Of a stretch of DNA of 64,000 nt, positions 62,334-64,000 are shown one piece after another (positions within the stretch are counted from its first letter, which is position 1; every line of letters begins with the position of its first letter). A program made the position numbers and the translations under genes. The stretch is from an uncultured Holophagales bacterium (lineage in GTDB: Bacteria > Acidobacteriota > Thermoanaerobaculia > Multivoradales > UBA5704). The notes under the pieces are model-generated. The model was not told the DNA's origin and did not search any database. It saw nothing but the letters and a program-made list of their open reading frames with translations. The stretch is from contig CAWJGT010000001.1 in assembly GCA_963842525.1 (NCBI GenBank), positions 96,001 through 160,000 of the forward strand, in the 5' to 3' direction.

Positions 62334-63767
62334 TCATGCAAGGGCCTCTTGGGCCAATTCGGGAATGAGGAACAGTCGCCTGAGCTTGAGCGCCGCGCAG
62401 ACGACCCTCTGGCCAAGCTGAGTCAAGTAGTACCTGTAGGTGTGACCGATCTTCTTGACCAGACCGTGAGTGCGGAGCCGCTTGAGGATGCGAGCGATCT
62501 GTCCGCTGCTCATCCCAGGCAAGAAAGCCTGCAAGTGACGATTGTGGAAACCGCTGATGTCGAGCTCACCTCGGACGATCACTTCAAAGACGGCGCGATC
62601 GGTGCTGTCGAAGAGGTTGAACCCGCGCTGTATGCGCTGCCCATCGTGGACACGCTTGGAGATCTTCTCCAGATTCTTGATCCCGGCGGTCGGATCTTCC
62701 AGAGCCGAAAGGAACTCGAGATAGCGCCGGTTTGCTGCTCTCATCAACTCCTGGAGGTCAGGCAGACTATAGATGGTCTTCTTGACCGGGGCGTTTTCCA
62801 TCTCCCAGGTGCCATCTCGGTGTTCCACCCTGCGGTGGTGCTTAAAGGATGTCACGTCGTTGCTGGTCGTCTCGATGCGGAGAACGCGGCCCAGTTTGTC
62901 GTACATCTTGATCGAATTGGGGCCCATGTGGTGCTTGATCCGAGTCCCCTCGATCCGGGTATGGAAGTCATTGCCGATCTCGACCTTCGAGCGCTCATCG
63001 AGCTTGCGGCCAAGAAACGTCGCCACGTTGTCTGGTTTTACCGTATGGATGGCAGTACGGACCAAAACCTCGTAGAGAGATTCGAGGTCGGCCTTGCTGC
63101 GAAAGATGATGTCCGTGGAGTACTCAATCTGCATCACGCTCCAGTGATAGCCGCCCTTGAAACGGACGCCGACCGGGCACAGCCATGTGGCGACTCGGTC
63201 AAGGATGCCGTGCAACCCATCCACGCGCATGTCGTCGGCCAGCTTTTGGGCCTGCTCAAAATCGGCGATCTCGACAAGGGCGTTATCAGCCATCTGGAAG
63301 CCGATCCCGGCTTTCTTCAACTGGCTTGCCAACCGGTTGTGGCCGTTGTAGTAGAACTGCAGACGAAAAGGAGCCCAGGTCGGCACACGCAAGTAGCAGA
63401 GTCCCAGACCCTCCCAGACGAAGTAGAAGTAGTAGTGGAGGCACTTCGCCTCGGTCGACTTCAGGAAGGTCTTGCCGGTCTTCTTGTCGTGCCAGGGCCT
63501 GAAGGAAGAGCAAGGCTCCATAGCCGAGAAGATGTGGACCAGGCCCGGGTGGTCACCGCGCTTCCCCAGAATCTCCTTGATCCGCTCCTCTTTGCGAAAG
63601 TTTCTCCGCCTGATGAACTCTATCGTCAGGCCCGCCTCGGCGGCCAGGCGTTCAGCGTGCTTGCGGATCTCATCGCGCAGCGGCTCGGCAAACCGGGTGT
63701 AGTCGAAGATCCGGATGCCTTGGGAGCCAAGATAGGCACTCATCGCTCCAGCATGGCAGATCTCAGG
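62334..63767 (-). pseudogene. unclassified transposase-like protein (KCLHYYFYF / SIKMYDK..LRIET / C-terminal winged helix), 5' end cut by IS66
   Basis: Lower-GC ORF with AMEPC, KCLHYYFYF, PTWAPFRLQFYYNGH, SIKMYDKLGRVLRIETT and LKRLRTHGLVKKIGHTYRYYLT. Confidence 0.7.
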
Positions 63768-64000
63768 GTATCTGTTTACCGTCAGCGGCACTTTTGGGGA
63801 AGGTTTTCCCTGGACACACGTCCGCGCTGGCCAGGCGACCTGACGAGGGCGAGCGGCTACCGACCTGGAGCCACGGATAACTCGTGGCGAGAACTGTTAC
63901 GGTGGCTGTGACGCAGGAAGTATTGCCTCAAGCTTCGGTAGCTGGGGGCTGCGCAGAAGCTGGGGCAAGATCTCGAGTGTCCCGACTTGGTGTTGCTGAA
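63768..64000 (-). mobile_element. second copy of the same IS66 (right end; runs off window)
   Basis: Starts with GTATCTGTTTACCG and reads as the reverse complement of 37888-38120. Confidence 0.95.

Noticed and set aside
62334-63791. MarR regulator, or an intact 485-aa gene starting at 63791
   Set aside because: The winged helix is only the C-terminal part, and the first codons come from the IS66 end, so the true 5' end lies outside the window

Overview
GC-rich (about 70%) bacterial chromosome segment. The gene repertoire (System I* ccm genes, HEAT-cyclophilin, fused MFS/spermidine synthase, large TPR proteins, CCTCACCCCC-type REPs) suggests Acidobacteriota, possibly Thermoanaerobaculia; this is inference. 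Housekeeping blocks are accC-thiE-aroK-phosphoesterase, ccmABCDEF, an ECF sigma/anti-sigma operon, a GntR(YtrA)-ABC operon, an argR-argG-X-argC-argD-argF'-argB-argE-argH operon, exeA/exeB-like genes, S9 and tricorn peptidases, nudC and an acyl-CoA catabolic operon. An accessory zone at about 34.5-43 kb holds a non-coding 20/21-bp tandem array, a three-level nest (REPIN, group II intron, IS66), a broken NTPase-TPR-TIR gene, a decayed higBA and an ATPase-PD-(D/E)XK gene. Near the right end are vapBC and an unclassified Rep_trans-like mobile gene interrupted by a second copy of the same IS66. The best candidates for new biology are: (1) a DUF1611/DgcN-like P-loop protein in the argA slot of an arg operon whose transcarbamylase has a succinyl-type specificity residue; (2) a secreted 'DPNG' propeptide plus TPR protein pair; (3) an intron that homes into a REP hairpin; (4) the helically phased array; (5) a 10-Cys secreted peptide; (6) a palindromic repeat translated in frame at the start of argC. 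Many single-base frameshifts in conserved genes probably reflect sequencing indels.
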